Of a stretch of 64,000 bases of DNA, positions 22,962-32,331 are shown piece by piece (position 1 is the first letter of the stretch; each line of letters starts with the position of its first letter). Source of the DNA: Pseudomonadota bacterium (lineage in GTDB: Bacteria > Pseudomonadota > Gammaproteobacteria > Burkholderiales > SG8-39). A program made the position numbers and the translations under genes. The notes beneath the pieces are model-generated. The model ran no database searches, was not told the DNA's origin, and was given only the letters and a program-made list of their open reading frames with translations. The stretch lies in the NCBI GenBank assembly GCA_947455195.1, contig CANGMI010000002.1, forward strand, positions 257,549 through 321,548, given 5' to 3'.

Positions 22962-23978
22962 ATGCGCGGCCTCGTTCGCTGTCTGGCGCGCGCGCTGCAT
23001 GCCTGGCTTGTCCTGCTCGTGCTCCTCGTTGCAAGCGCGGGTGTGCAGGCGCAGTCTCGCAGCGTGGGTGATTACCCCGGCCGGGCCATTCGCGTCATCG
23101 TTTCCTTCACCACCGGCGGGGCTGCCGACGTAACTGCGCGCGTCGTCGGCGAGCGTCTCAGCGAACTCGTTCGGCAGCCGGTCGTGATCGAGAACCGGGC
23201 GGGGGGTGGTGGCGTGCTGGCGCTCGATCTGCTGCGCAACGCGGCCGCTGACGGCTACACGCTCGGCATTGCGAGCAACTCCAATGCAACCAAGCCGGCC
23301 ACGATGACGAAACTGCCGTGGGATCTTGCGCACGATTTCGCCTACATCGCGATTGCCGTCGACGCCACGATGGTGCTGGTAGGCAATCCCGATCGGGTGC
23401 CGGCTCGCAATCTGGTCGAACTCACGAATTACATGCGACTGCACCCCGGCCAGTACACCTACGGTAGTTGCGGTGTTGCCTCGACCCAGCAGTTCGCCAT
23501 GGAGAAGTACCGGTTCCGCACCGGTGCGGTAGCCACGCATGTGCCTTACAAGGGCTGTGCGGTTGCCACGCCCGAAGTGCTGAGCGGGCAGATCGATCTG
23601 GCGATGCTTGCCTTGTCCAATGCCTTGCAGTACATCCGTGCCGGCAAGCTCCACGCCTACGGCGTGACGACGCAGGCGCGAAGCACGTCGGCGCCTGAGG
23701 TGCCGGCCTTTCGTGAAAGTGGCGTGCCCGAGTTGTCCGATTTCGTTCAGGACGCGTGGTACGGATTCTTCGCACCGGCGGGTACGCCCCTGCCGATCAT
23801 CGAATTTCTGGCTTCCAGCATTCGCCAGATCCTCGCCACCCGCGAGGTTGCTGCCCGCCTCCATGATGTGGGCCTGCAACCCGCCTTCGTCGGGCCTGAG
23901 GGCACGCGCCAGCGCATGCTGGGCGATGTCGAGAGTTTCTCGCGCATCGCGGCGGCGGCCCGCATCAAGGCCGAGTAG
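22962..23978 (+). CDS. Bug/TctC-family substrate-binding protein
   Basis: ATG 22962 lies 4 nt after the PRT stop. It has a signal peptide (LVLLVLLVASAGVQA) and Bug signatures (VIENRAGGGG, HVPYKG). Confidence 0.85.
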   Translation: MRGLVRCLARALHAWLVLLVLLVASAGVQAQSRSVGDYPGRAIRVIVSFTTGGAADVTARVVGERLSELVRQPVVIENRAGGGGVLALDLLRNAAADGYTLGIASNSNATKPATMTKLPWDLAHDFAYIAIAVDATMVLVGNPDRVPARNLVELTNYMRLHPGQYTYGSCGVASTQQFAMEKYRFRTGAVATHVPYKGCAVATPEVLSGQIDLAMLALSNALQYIRAGKLHAYGVTTQARSTSAPEVPAFRESGVPELSDFVQDAWYGFFAPAGTPLPIIEFLASSIRQILATREVAARLHDVGLQPAFVGPEGTRQRMLGDVESFSRIAAAARIKAE

Positions 23979-24070
23979 TCGCGCCCTGCGCTGCCGCCCC
24001 GCAGCGGGCGCCTGAGACGATGCAGGTTCACGTAGAATCGGCGCATCGGAGGCAATCGCTGGAGACAAGC

Positions 24071-25066
24071 ATGAGGCTGCGTGCCATCGCAGGTTGCGTG
24101 TCGCTGCTCGTCGCGCTCTTCCTGCTGTCCGGGCCCGATCGGGCCCAGGCTCAGTCTGCCGCGAGTCCGTCCCATTGGCCAGCGCGCCCGGTACGCATCG
24201 TGCTCGGCCTTGCCGCAGGCGGGGGTACCGACACGATCGCCCGCACGATCGCTCCCTTGCTCTCGGCGCGGCTCGGGCAACCGGTGATCGTCGAGAATCG
24301 GGCAGGCGCATCGGGGGTCATCGCGGGCGAATTCGTCGCGCGGGCGCCGGCCGATGGCCACACCCTGATGCTCGCGCCGAGCGGCATCATGGTGGCCAAC
24401 ATCGTGATGAAGCGCAGCCTGCCCTATTCGCTGCAGGACTTCGCCCCCATTTCCCTCATCTGCACCTTTCCGCTGCTGCTGGTCACCGATCCGGCCCTGC
24501 CACCGCGTACGTTCGCCGAATTCATCAGTTGGCTGAAGGCCAATCCGGGACGCGCCAATGCCGGTGGATCCGGGCCGGCCTTCGAACTGCTGACGTCCCT
24601 CTTCGCGCAGCGGGTCGGTGCGCCGCTCACCTTCATTCCGTTCAAGGGATCGAACGAGGCGGTGCAGGCCATTCTCGCGCACGATGTGACGATGGCCATC
24701 GTCGATGTCGGGCCGGCGCTCGGGGCGCTTCGGGGCAGTCGCCTGCGCGCACTCGCGGGAACTTCGCCCAGGCGTCTGCCCGATTTTCCCGAGGTGCCAA
24801 CCGTGGTGGAACTGGGGTATCCCGATCTCGAGGCGGAGTACTGGATGGGACTCTTCGCTCCGGCGAAGACCCCTCCCGACATTCTCCGGCGGCTCGAAGC
24901 CGAGGTGCATGCGGTGCTGCGCCAGCCCGAGGTTGAACAGGTCTTTGCATCAAAACTCGTGGAAGTGCGGCCGAGCACCGCCGCTGAACTTGGCGCCCGG
25001 GTCGGCGCGGAGGTTCAGCGCTGGGGCGCGGTGCGGACTGCCGCAGGGATTCCGCTGGTCGATTGA
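24071..25066 (+). CDS. Bug/TctC-family substrate-binding protein
   Basis: GGAGA at 24061-24065 lies 5 nt before ATG 24071. It has a signal peptide and Bug signatures (VENRAGASG, FIPFKGS). Confidence 0.85.
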   Translation: MRLRAIAGCVSLLVALFLLSGPDRAQAQSAASPSHWPARPVRIVLGLAAGGGTDTIARTIAPLLSARLGQPVIVENRAGASGVIAGEFVARAPADGHTLMLAPSGIMVANIVMKRSLPYSLQDFAPISLICTFPLLLVTDPALPPRTFAEFISWLKANPGRANAGGSGPAFELLTSLFAQRVGAPLTFIPFKGSNEAVQAILAHDVTMAIVDVGPALGALRGSRLRALAGTSPRRLPDFPEVPTVVELGYPDLEAEYWMGLFAPAKTPPDILRRLEAEVHAVLRQPEVEQVFASKLVEVRPSTAAELGARVGAEVQRWGAVRTAAGIPLVD

Positions 25067-25108
25067 TCGGGTGCGGCAGGCCCGGCGCTGGCGGATGGTC
25101 GGCAGGGT

Positions 25109-25158
25109 GGTCAGGTCTGGTCAGGTTCGGTCAGGTTCGGTCAGGTTCGGTCAGGTTG
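25109..25158. repeat. five head-to-tail copies of a 10-bp unit GGTCAGGTYY in the intergenic region upstream of the dioxygenase genes
   Basis: The copies read ggtcaggtct ggtcaggttc ggtcaggttc ggtcaggttc ggtcaggttg. The array is bracketed by identical 10-mers tgcggcaggc at 25072-25081 and 25161-25170. Confidence 0.95.
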
Positions 25159-25186
25159 GTTGCGGCAGGCAGAAAGGACGGCGGGT

Positions 25187-26530
25187 ATGGAATTCGCGGA
25201 CATGAAGCGCTACGTTGACGATCGACCCGAGGAGGGCGTTTTTCGCGTTCATCGCGACGTTTTCTCGGACCCCGCGTTGTTCGAACTCGAGCAGCGCCTC
25301 ATCTTCGAGCGCACCTGGTGCTTTCTGGGACTCGAATCGCAGATCGCGCGCGCGCGCGATTTCCTGACCCACTGGATCGGGCGAACACCTGTTCTGGTTT
25401 CACGCAATGACGAGGGCGCGATCGCAGGGTTCATCAACGTCTGCCGTCACAAGGCGGTGCTGCTGCGTCACGAGGAGGAGGGGAACGCGGGTGTGCACGT
25501 CTGTCCGTACCATGGATGGTCGTTCGACACCAACGGTCGCAACGTGCATGTGAAGAACGCGAAGACGGCCTGCTACCCGGCGGCGTTTGACGCCGAGAAC
25601 CATGATCTGCTGCGTCTGCCACGGCTGGCCAGCTATCGCGGCTTCATCTTCGGCAGTCTGTCAGCCGAGGTTCCCGAACTGGGCGACTTTCTGGGCGACA
25701 TGCGGTTTTTCATCGATCTCATTGCCGATCAGGGGCCACAGGGGATCGAACTGGTACCCGGGCGTGCCGTGTACACCTACAACGCCAACTGGAAACTGCA
25801 ACTGGACAACGGCGTTGACCCCTACCACCTCACCTCGACGCATGCGGCTTTTCTCGATGTTCAGGCGGTGCGGCGAAAGGGCGAGGGCAATGTCGAATCA
25901 CGCTCGTTCGACTGGCGCAAGCGCGATGAATTTCCAGCAGGTGCTTTCAATTTTCGCCACGGACATTCCGCCGTGTGGATGCGCCAGCCTGAACCGGAAA
26001 AGCGGCCGATCGCACCCGTCATGGACGAAATTCGTGCCCGTGTCGGCGAGCAGCGTGCCGAGTGGATGCTCAACGCGCGCAATCTGCAGCTCTTTCCCAA
26101 CATGCAGATCGCCGACGCGATATCGCCGATGCTGCGTACCTTCAGGCCGCTCGCCGTCGATCGGACCGAGATGCGCGCCTGGTGCCTCGCCCCGATCGGA
26201 GAGTCGCGCACCCTGCGTGCCTGGCGCCTGCGTCAGTACGAGGACTTCTTCAATCCCGGGGGCATGGCCACGCCCGATGACACCATCATCTACGAGGAGG
26301 CCCAGCGCGGCATGGGCGCCTTCTCGCTTGATTTCCTTCAGGGCTATTCACGCGGCCTCGGTGCGGCCGTGACGGGTGGCGGTGATGCCGCGGCGGCACT
26401 GGGACTTGACCCGGCGACCAGCGTGCAGGGGCGATATGACATGTACAACGAGGTCGCTTTCCATGGGCCGTACCGGGAGTGGGCACGCCTGATGGAGGCC
26501 GGATTGGCGGGCAAGGGGGCGTGGTCATGA
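25187..26530 (+). CDS. aromatic ring-hydroxylating (Rieske non-haem iron) oxygenase, alpha subunit
   Basis: Rieske motif CRHKAVLLRHEEEGNAGVHVCPYH (C-x-H-x17-C-x2-H) and iron site DNGVDPYHLTSTH. AAGGA lies 8 nt before ATG 25187. Confidence 0.88.
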   Translation: MEFADMKRYVDDRPEEGVFRVHRDVFSDPALFELEQRLIFERTWCFLGLESQIARARDFLTHWIGRTPVLVSRNDEGAIAGFINVCRHKAVLLRHEEEGNAGVHVCPYHGWSFDTNGRNVHVKNAKTACYPAAFDAENHDLLRLPRLASYRGFIFGSLSAEVPELGDFLGDMRFFIDLIADQGPQGIELVPGRAVYTYNANWKLQLDNGVDPYHLTSTHAAFLDVQAVRRKGEGNVESRSFDWRKRDEFPAGAFNFRHGHSAVWMRQPEPEKRPIAPVMDEIRARVGEQRAEWMLNARNLQLFPNMQIADAISPMLRTFRPLAVDRTEMRAWCLAPIGESRTLRAWRLRQYEDFFNPGGMATPDDTIIYEEAQRGMGAFSLDFLQGYSRGLGAAVTGGGDAAAALGLDPATSVQGRYDMYNEVAFHGPYREWARLMEAGLAGKGAWS

Positions 26531-27063
26531 GCGCGGTCGCCGGCTGTCAGGTGCCCTCTGCCGCCGATGCCGCTGCGTTGCAGATCGCGCGCGCCGTCCT
26601 CGAGCATGAAGCGGTGCTCCTTGACGAGCAGCGCTGGACCGAGTGGCTTGAACTCTACCGACCCGACTGCACCTACTGGGTGCCCGCTCGTCGCGCCGAC
26701 GAGACCCTTACCAACGACCCTGATACCGAGCTGTCGCACATCTTCTATGCAAGCCGCGCCGGGCTTGAAGATCGCATCCGGCGTATTGCCTCCGGGCGGT
26801 CGGCAGCATCGACGCCGATGCCTCGCACGACCCATGTGGTGGGCAGTGTTCGCCTGCGCGAGGCGCCTGCGACCGATACGCTGCGCGTGACATCGGCCTG
26901 GATCACTCAGGTATTCTTCGTGCGCTCGCGCCAGACCCATGCCTTCTTCGGCAGTGCCGATACCGACCTTGTGCGCGCCGATGGCGCATGGAGCATCGCG
27001 CGTCGCCGCACGGTGCTGCAGAACGACTACGTGCCGACAATGCTCGACATCTATTGCCTCTGA
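26527..27063 (+). CDS. ring-hydroxylating oxygenase, beta subunit (NTF2-like)
   Basis: The ATGA overlap with the alpha subunit stop links the two genes. About 178 aa with typical beta-subunit features (EWLELY..DCTYWVP, SHIFYASRAGLEDRIRR). Confidence 0.85.
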   Translation: MSAVAGCQVPSAADAAALQIARAVLEHEAVLLDEQRWTEWLELYRPDCTYWVPARRADETLTNDPDTELSHIFYASRAGLEDRIRRIASGRSAASTPMPRTTHVVGSVRLREAPATDTLRVTSAWITQVFFVRSRQTHAFFGSADTDLVRADGAWSIARRRTVLQNDYVPTMLDIYCL

Positions 27064-27094
27064 ACGGCTGTATCAGCCTCACCGATTCACGACC

Positions 27095-28051
27095 ATGACC
27101 GAACTCCTCATTCTGCTCACCCTTCCCGAACCGGTGCGAAAGCGCTATCACGATGGTATCCGGGCAGCCTTTCCCGACCTTGTCGTCAACGTGGTTGATC
27201 ACAACAGCAAGGTGGGACCCTTCATCGGCACGGCTGACATCCTGGTCACGTTCGGGCCGATGATGAAGAATGCGGTCTTCGATGCTGCGCCCCGATTGCG
27301 CTGGGTGCAGGCGTTGGGCACGGGCACCGACGGCATTGCCGATCAGCCATCATTGGGACCCGGGGTGATTGTCACCAACATGCACGGCTTCCATGGGCCG
27401 CCCGTGGCCGAGGCGGCGCTCACCGGCATGCTGGCACTGGCCCGCGGTACCTCTCGGGCCATCCGCAGCCAGATCGATCGCAAGTGGGACCGCTTTCCGG
27501 CGCGTACCCTCAATGAGTCCACCGTGGTCATCTACGGGGTGGGCGACATCGCCTGTTACCTCGCGCCCTTGTGCAAGGCGTTTGGCATGCGCGTGATCGG
27601 CGTGAGTTCCAGCCCGCGCGAAGTCCCCGGGTTCGATCGCGTCGTGGGCCGCGACCAGCTGGAGGCGGCGGCAGGCGAGGCCGATTATCTGGTGCTACTC
27701 ACACCGTACACGGCCGCCACACGTCACTCGGTGAACGCGGGCGTCTTCCGTGCAATGAAGCGCGGCGCGATGCTCGTCAACGTGGCCCGCGGTGGCGTGG
27801 TCGACGAGGCGGCGCTGGTCGAGGCTCTCCAGTCAGGGACGGTCGGTGGCGCCGCGCTCGATGTCTTCTCGAGCGAACCCCTGCCGACCGATCACCCGTT
27901 CTGGGCCATGCCCAATGTCATCATCACGCCGCACCAGGGCGGGTTCTTCGATCGCTACCCCGATCATGCCCTGCCGGTGCTGCTCGAGAATCTGAAGCAT
28001 TTTCTGGCCGGTGATACCGACCGGATGATCAATATCGTGAGGAAGCCATGA
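27095..28051 (+). CDS. D-isomer-specific 2-hydroxyacid dehydrogenase family protein
   Basis: NAD-binding motif YGVGDIA, then ARGGVVDEAAL and DVFSSEPLP...TPHQGG. ATG 27095 is the first start after the beta-subunit stop. Confidence 0.85.
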   Translation: MTELLILLTLPEPVRKRYHDGIRAAFPDLVVNVVDHNSKVGPFIGTADILVTFGPMMKNAVFDAAPRLRWVQALGTGTDGIADQPSLGPGVIVTNMHGFHGPPVAEAALTGMLALARGTSRAIRSQIDRKWDRFPARTLNESTVVIYGVGDIACYLAPLCKAFGMRVIGVSSSPREVPGFDRVVGRDQLEAAAGEADYLVLLTPYTAATRHSVNAGVFRAMKRGAMLVNVARGGVVDEAALVEALQSGTVGGAALDVFSSEPLPTDHPFWAMPNVIITPHQGGFFDRYPDHALPVLLENLKHFLAGDTDRMINIVRKP

Positions 28052-29241
28052 ACGAACGCGTCAATACCCCGATCTCGACTGCCGAACTGGAGCGGCGCTG
28101 GGCCCTCGTGCGTTCGGCCATGAGTGCGCACGGCATCGATGTGCTGCTGATGCAGGCCAACAATGATTTCATGGGGGGCTATGTCAAGTGGTTCACTGAT
28201 GTACCGGCTACCAACGGCTACCCGGTCACGGTGATCTTTCCGCGCAACGCGCCGATGAGCGTGATCGCCCAGGGGGCGTTTGGTCTGGTGCGCGAGTTGC
28301 CTCCCGAGGGCGATGGGCTGCGTCGCGGGGTGTCGCATGTCTACGGCAGCCCGAGCTATGCGAGCGCCGGCTACACGGCTGCAGCTGATGCGGCGCTGGC
28401 CGAATCGGCTCTGGCGCCGTTCGCCAGCGGCACCATCGGCATCCTGGGTCGGATGTCGATCTCGCACGCCACGATCGAGGATCTGAAGGCGGGCACGCTG
28501 GGCAAGGCGCGCTGGGTCGACTTTTCCGACACGGTCGATCAGATCAAGGCGGTGAAGAGCGCCGAGGAAATCGATCGCATGCGCGAGACCGCGCGTATGC
28601 AGGATGCCTGCTGGCAGGCGGTGCTCGATGCCATTCGACCGGGCATGCGCGACATCGAGATTGCCGGTATCGCCGAGCAGGCAGGACGCCGGATGGGCAG
28701 TGAGCAGGGGCTCTTCCTGTGCGCCTCCGCACCCGTGGGCGTATCGGCCATGTTTGGCAACCGGCACCAGCAGAATCGCGTGATCCAGGAGGGCGACTAC
28801 ATCACGCTCCTCATCGAGAGCAGCGGAGCCGGGGGCTTCTACACCGAGATCGGCCGTACGGCAGTCCTCGGGCGTGCCAGCCAGGAGATGCAGGACGAGT
28901 ACGCGGTCGTGCTGGAGGCACGTCGGTTCACGCTCGATCGCCTGAAGCCCGGTGCTGACGGCAAGTCGATCTGGGATGCCTACAACCAGTTCATGCGGGG
29001 CAAGGGGCGTCCTGAAGAGCGGCGACTGCATTGCCATGGTCAGGGCTACGACATGGTCGAGCGTCCTCTGGTGCGCTTTGATGAAACCCTGCGTCTTGGT
29101 TCGAGCATGGTGCTCGCGTGCCATCCGACCTATGCGACTGCCGGTACGTTCAGCTGGATCTGCGACAACTACCTCATCGGCGAATCGGGTGTGGTCGAGC
29201 GGTTCCACCAGACCGAGGAAAAGATCTTCGAGATCGTCTGA
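28048..29241 (+). CDS. M24-family metallohydrolase (Xaa-Pro peptidase/creatinase-like)
   Basis: 397 aa with a creatinase-like N-domain and a pita-bread C-domain (HCHGQGYDMVERP). The ATGA overlap with the upstream gene links the two. Confidence 0.8.
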   Translation: MNERVNTPISTAELERRWALVRSAMSAHGIDVLLMQANNDFMGGYVKWFTDVPATNGYPVTVIFPRNAPMSVIAQGAFGLVRELPPEGDGLRRGVSHVYGSPSYASAGYTAAADAALAESALAPFASGTIGILGRMSISHATIEDLKAGTLGKARWVDFSDTVDQIKAVKSAEEIDRMRETARMQDACWQAVLDAIRPGMRDIEIAGIAEQAGRRMGSEQGLFLCASAPVGVSAMFGNRHQQNRVIQEGDYITLLIESSGAGGFYTEIGRTAVLGRASQEMQDEYAVVLEARRFTLDRLKPGADGKSIWDAYNQFMRGKGRPEERRLHCHGQGYDMVERPLVRFDETLRLGSSMVLACHPTYATAGTFSWICDNYLIGESGVVERFHQTEEKIFEIV

Positions 29242-29367
29242 GCGCCAATACCCGCGGCACCGTCTGGCGCGGCTCGATGGCCGCGGTGCCGCGAATCCGA
29301 CCTGGCACGGGCTGCATTGATGCACGGCAACCGGGGCACTCGCGCGCCGCGCAGAATCGGACGGAAA

Positions 29368-29396
29368 CAAAAAAGCCACCCGAGGGTGGCTTTTTC
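29368..29396. terminator. bidirectional rho-independent terminator
   Basis: The sequence caaaaaa-GCCACC-cgag-GGTGGC-ttttt has a 6-bp GC stem. The stem is flanked by an A-run and a T-run. It could therefore terminate both the plus-strand cassette and the minus-strand tRNA-Leu. Confidence 0.8.
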
Positions 29397-29409
29397 ATCA
29401 TCGAGCTGC

Positions 29410-29496
29410 TGGTGCCCAGAAGAGGACTCGAACCTCCACAGTGTTGCCACCGCCAGGACCTGAACCTGGTGCGTCTACCAATTCCGCCATCTGGGC
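29410..29496 (-). tRNA. tRNA-Leu (anticodon CAG), class II with long variable arm, CCA encoded
   Basis: The reverse complement reads GCCCAGATGGCGGAATTGGTAGACGCACCAGGTTCAGGTCCTGGCGGTGGCAACACTGTGGAGGTTCGAGTCCTCTTCTGGGCACCA. The anticodon stem is CCAGG/CCTGG and the loop is TTCAGGT. Confidence 0.93.
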
Positions 29497-29586
29497 CCCG
29501 TTCGGGGTATCGTGCGACCTCAGCGCGCTGTGGTGCGAACGAAACTCTCGAAGCGAGCCGCGCAGTATAGAAAATTCGGAGAAGTC

Positions 29587-32331
29587 TTGTCAAAGAAAAG
29601 TGCAACATCTTCGATCGACAACGAATCGATCGAGCCGAATGGAGGCGCGCCGCGCCATTATTCGCGTGAAGAACTGAATGCGCTGTTCGAGTCGGGTGCC
29701 GTGCCTGAGCGCACGGTCATCCTCGAGCAGCTCGCTGCGGCGGCGGTGCCGATCGAGGAGGCAGAACTCGCCCGGCGACTGAAGGTGAAGGTGGACGGGC
29801 CCCGCGAAGGGCTGCGCCGGCGCCTCTCGGCGATGGTGCGTGACGGTCAGATCGTGATCAACCGCAAGGGGGCAATCCTCGTTGCCGAGAAGACCAACCT
29901 GATCAGCGGTCGGGTCGAGGCCCATCCGGATGGATTCGGCTTCGTGGTGAATGATGAGGGAGATGATCTGTTCCTCGCCCCGCGCGAGATGGATCAGGTC
30001 TTCCACGGTGACCGAGTGCTGGTACGGCCATCGGGTACCGACCGCCGGGGGCGGCCGCAGGGCTCGATTGTCCAGGTGCTCGAGCGTGCGCAGACGAAGG
30101 TGGTCGGCAAGCTGCATCGCGAGCATGGCGTGGCCTACCTGGTAGCCTCCGATCGACGGATTTCGCAGGATATCCTGGTCGAACCCGATTCGGTCGGGCG
30201 CGCCCGCGCGGGCGATATCGTTACCGTGGAGATTACCCAGCCCCCCTCGAAGACGACCCAGTCGATCGGGCGTGTCGTCGAGGTACTGGGGGGCGAGCTC
30301 GATCCGGGCATGGAGATCGAGATCGCGCTGCGCAAGCACCAGTTACCGTTCGAGTTCGGCGCGCGGGCGCTGGCCGATGCCGCTCGATTGCCCGATACCG
30401 TACGCAAGACCGACCTGCGTGATCGGCTCGACCTGCGTGAACTCGCCTTCGTGACGATTGATGGCGAGAACTCGCGAGATTTCGACGACGCGGTCTACTG
30501 CGAGCGGCGCGGCACCTCGCATGTGCTCTACGTGGCGATCGCCGATGTCGATCACTACGTGCGCGACGGTTCGGCGCTCGACCGAGACGCGCTCGAGCGT
30601 GGCACCTCGGTCTACTTCCCGCGTCGGGTGATTCCGATGCTGCCCGAGAAGATCTCGAACGGTCTGTGCTCGCTCAATCCCGATGTCGACCGTCTGGTGC
30701 TGGTGTGCGAGATGACGATCACGCGAGTCGGGCGCGTGAGCGGCTACCGGTTTGCCGAGGCGGTGATCCGTTCGCATGCCCGACTCACCTATACCCGTGT
30801 GGCCTGCACGCTGTATGGACTGCAGGCCGAGGTCGACCCGGTGCCGGCGGCGATCGTGCCGGCACTGGAGCGGCTCGACCTGGTCTACAAGGCGCTTGCG
30901 AAGCAGCGCGCGGCGCGCGGGGCGATCGAGTTCAGCTCGCGCGAGACCGAATTCGACTTCGATTCGCGGGGACGTATCGCCTCGATCCGGCTTGCGCAGC
31001 GCAACGAGGCCTACCGCCTGATCGAGGAGTGCATGCTGGCTGCCAACGTCTGTGCGGCACAGTACCTGCTCGCGCATGGGCAGGGCGCCCTGTACCGCAA
31101 CCACGCTTCTCCCACAGTCGAGAAGCTCGAGGTCGTGCGCAATTTCCTGAAGCCATTGGGCTTGCAGTTGCCTGGTGGCGAGGAGCCCACAACGAGCGAT
31201 TACGACCAGCTGCTGGTCAAGGTGCGTGGTCGGCCCGATGCCGGCCTCCTCGAGACCGTCCTGCTGCGTTCCATGCAGCAGGCGCGCTATGCTCCCGACA
31301 ACATCGGCCACTTCGGTCTCGCCTACGAGGCCTACGCGCACTTCACTTCGCCGATCAGGCGCTATCCCGATCTGCTGGTTCATCGTGGCATCAAGGCGAT
31401 TCTGGCCGGCGGTGCCTACCGTCCCGGAAATGGCAGCCAGTCGCATGGCTGGAAGTGGCTCGGCGAGCACTGCTCGCTCACCGAGCGCCGCGCCGATGAT
31501 GCCGGGCGCGATGTCACGCAGTGGCTCAAGTGCTATTACATGCGCGACCGTGTCGGCGAGCAGTACAGCGGGGTGATTACCGCGGTGACCTCGTTTGGTC
31601 TCTTCGTGTCGCTCGACGGCCTCTTCATAGAGGGCCTGGTGCACATTTCCGAACTCGGGAACGACTACTTCGACTTCGATCCGGCACGCTTCGAGCTGCG
31701 TGGAACACGGGCCAATACGGTGTTCCAGCTGGGCCAGCCGCTCAGCGTGGAAGTGGCTCGGGTTGATCTGGAACTTGCCCGCATCGATTTCACGCTGGCC
31801 GCCGGGGTACCGCTGTCCAAGGCACGGGGTGCGAACACAGCCCAGCGCGAGGTATCGGTTCCTGCAAAGGCGCAGCAACCCGCAACGGCGCCAGGGCAGG
31901 GCGCGGTCGAGCCGTCGGTGGTCAGGAATGCGGGCAAGGCCACCGCGAAAGCGCCCGCCAAAGCATCGACCAAGGCTCCGACCAAAGCATCGACGAAAGA
32001 CTCCAGCAAAGCCTCAAGCAAGGGCTCGACCAAGGCATCGGCCAAGGCATCGGCCAAGGCATCGGCCAAGGCATCGGCCAAGGCATCGGCCAAGGCATCG
32101 ACGAAGGCATCAACGAAGGCATCAACCCAGGTATCGACCAAGGTATCAGGCAAGGCTTCCGCCAGAGCATCGACGAAAGGCGCTGCCATCCCCTTGCTGA
32201 CGGGTGCCGGTACGCCCGCCACCAGCAAGGCCATCGAGGCATCGGGCAAGGTTGCGTCAAAGTCGGCAGACGCGGGTGTGAGTGTCAAGACCGCCCGAAG
32301 GGGCGCGCCGCGCAAGGTGAAGGCAGCATGA
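29587..32331 (+). CDS. rnr: ribonuclease R
   Basis: RNB catalytic region ([16 protein letters not shown]), an S1 domain and a long basic tail. GGAGA lies 4 nt before TTG 29587. The N-terminus [11 protein letters not shown] fits RNase R. The track's start at 29512 lies close to the tRNA gene. Confidence 0.92.
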   Translation: MSKKSATSSIDNESIEPNGGAPRHYSREELNALFESGAVPERTVILEQLAAAAVPIEEAELARRLKVKVDGPREGLRRRLSAMVRDGQIVINRKGAILVAEKTNLISGRVEAHPDGFGFVVNDEGDDLFLAPREMDQVFHGDRVLVRPSGTDRRGRPQGSIVQVLERAQTKVVGKLHREHGVAYLVASDRRISQDILVEPDSVGRARAGDIVTVEITQPPSKTTQSIGRVVEVLGGELDPGMEIEIALRKHQLPFEFGARALADAARLPDTVRKTDLRDRLDLRELAFVTIDGENSRDFDDAVYCERRGTSHVLYVAIADVDHYVRDGSALDRDALERGTSVYFPRRVIPMLPEKISNGLCSLNPDVDRLVLVCEMTITRVGRVSGYRFAEAVIRSHARLTYTRVACTLYGLQAEVDPVPAAIVPALERLDLVYKALAKQRAARGAIEFSSRETEFDFDSRGRIASIRLAQRNEAYRLIEECMLAANVCAAQYLLAHGQGALYRNHASPTVEKLEVVRNFLKPLGLQLPGGEEPTTSDYDQLLVKVRGRPDAGLLETVLLRSMQQARYAPDNIGHFGLAYEAYAHFTSPIRRYPDLLVHRGIKAILAGGAYRPGNGSQSHGWKWLGEHCSLTERRADDAGRDVTQWLKCYYMRDRVGEQYSGVITAVTSFGLFVSLDGLFIEGLVHISELGNDYFDFDPARFELRGTRANTVFQLGQPLSVEVARVDLELARIDFTLAAGVPLSKARGANTAQREVSVPAKAQQPATAPGQGAVEPSVVRNAGKATAKAPAKASTKAPTKASTKDSSKASSKGSTKASAKASAKASAKASAKASAKASTKASTKASTQVSTKVSGKASARASTKGAAIPLLTGAGTPATSKAIEASGKVASKSADAGVSVKTARRGAPRKVKAA
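32029..32124 (+). repeat. 12-bp in-frame tandem repeat (gccaaggcatcg, 5 perfect plus 3 degenerate copies) in the rnr 3-prime region
   Basis: Perfect copies lie at 32041-32100. They encode (AKAS)n within a roughly 90-aa K/A/S/T-rich tail. Confidence 0.95.

Noticed and set aside
25109-25158. Tandem repeats considered as a CRISPR array (also 5334-5376 and 32029-32124)
   Set aside because: The units are only 10-12 bp and are directly adjacent with no spacers. Two of the three are in-frame coding repeats, and no cas genes are present.
22962-29496. tRNA-Leu-adjacent cassette as an integrative genomic island
   Set aside because: There is no integrase, transposase or phage gene. I could find no direct repeat of the tRNA 3-prime end, and the cassette is on the opposite strand and seems co-transcribed with purA-PRT. 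I kept it only as a synteny question in the findings.
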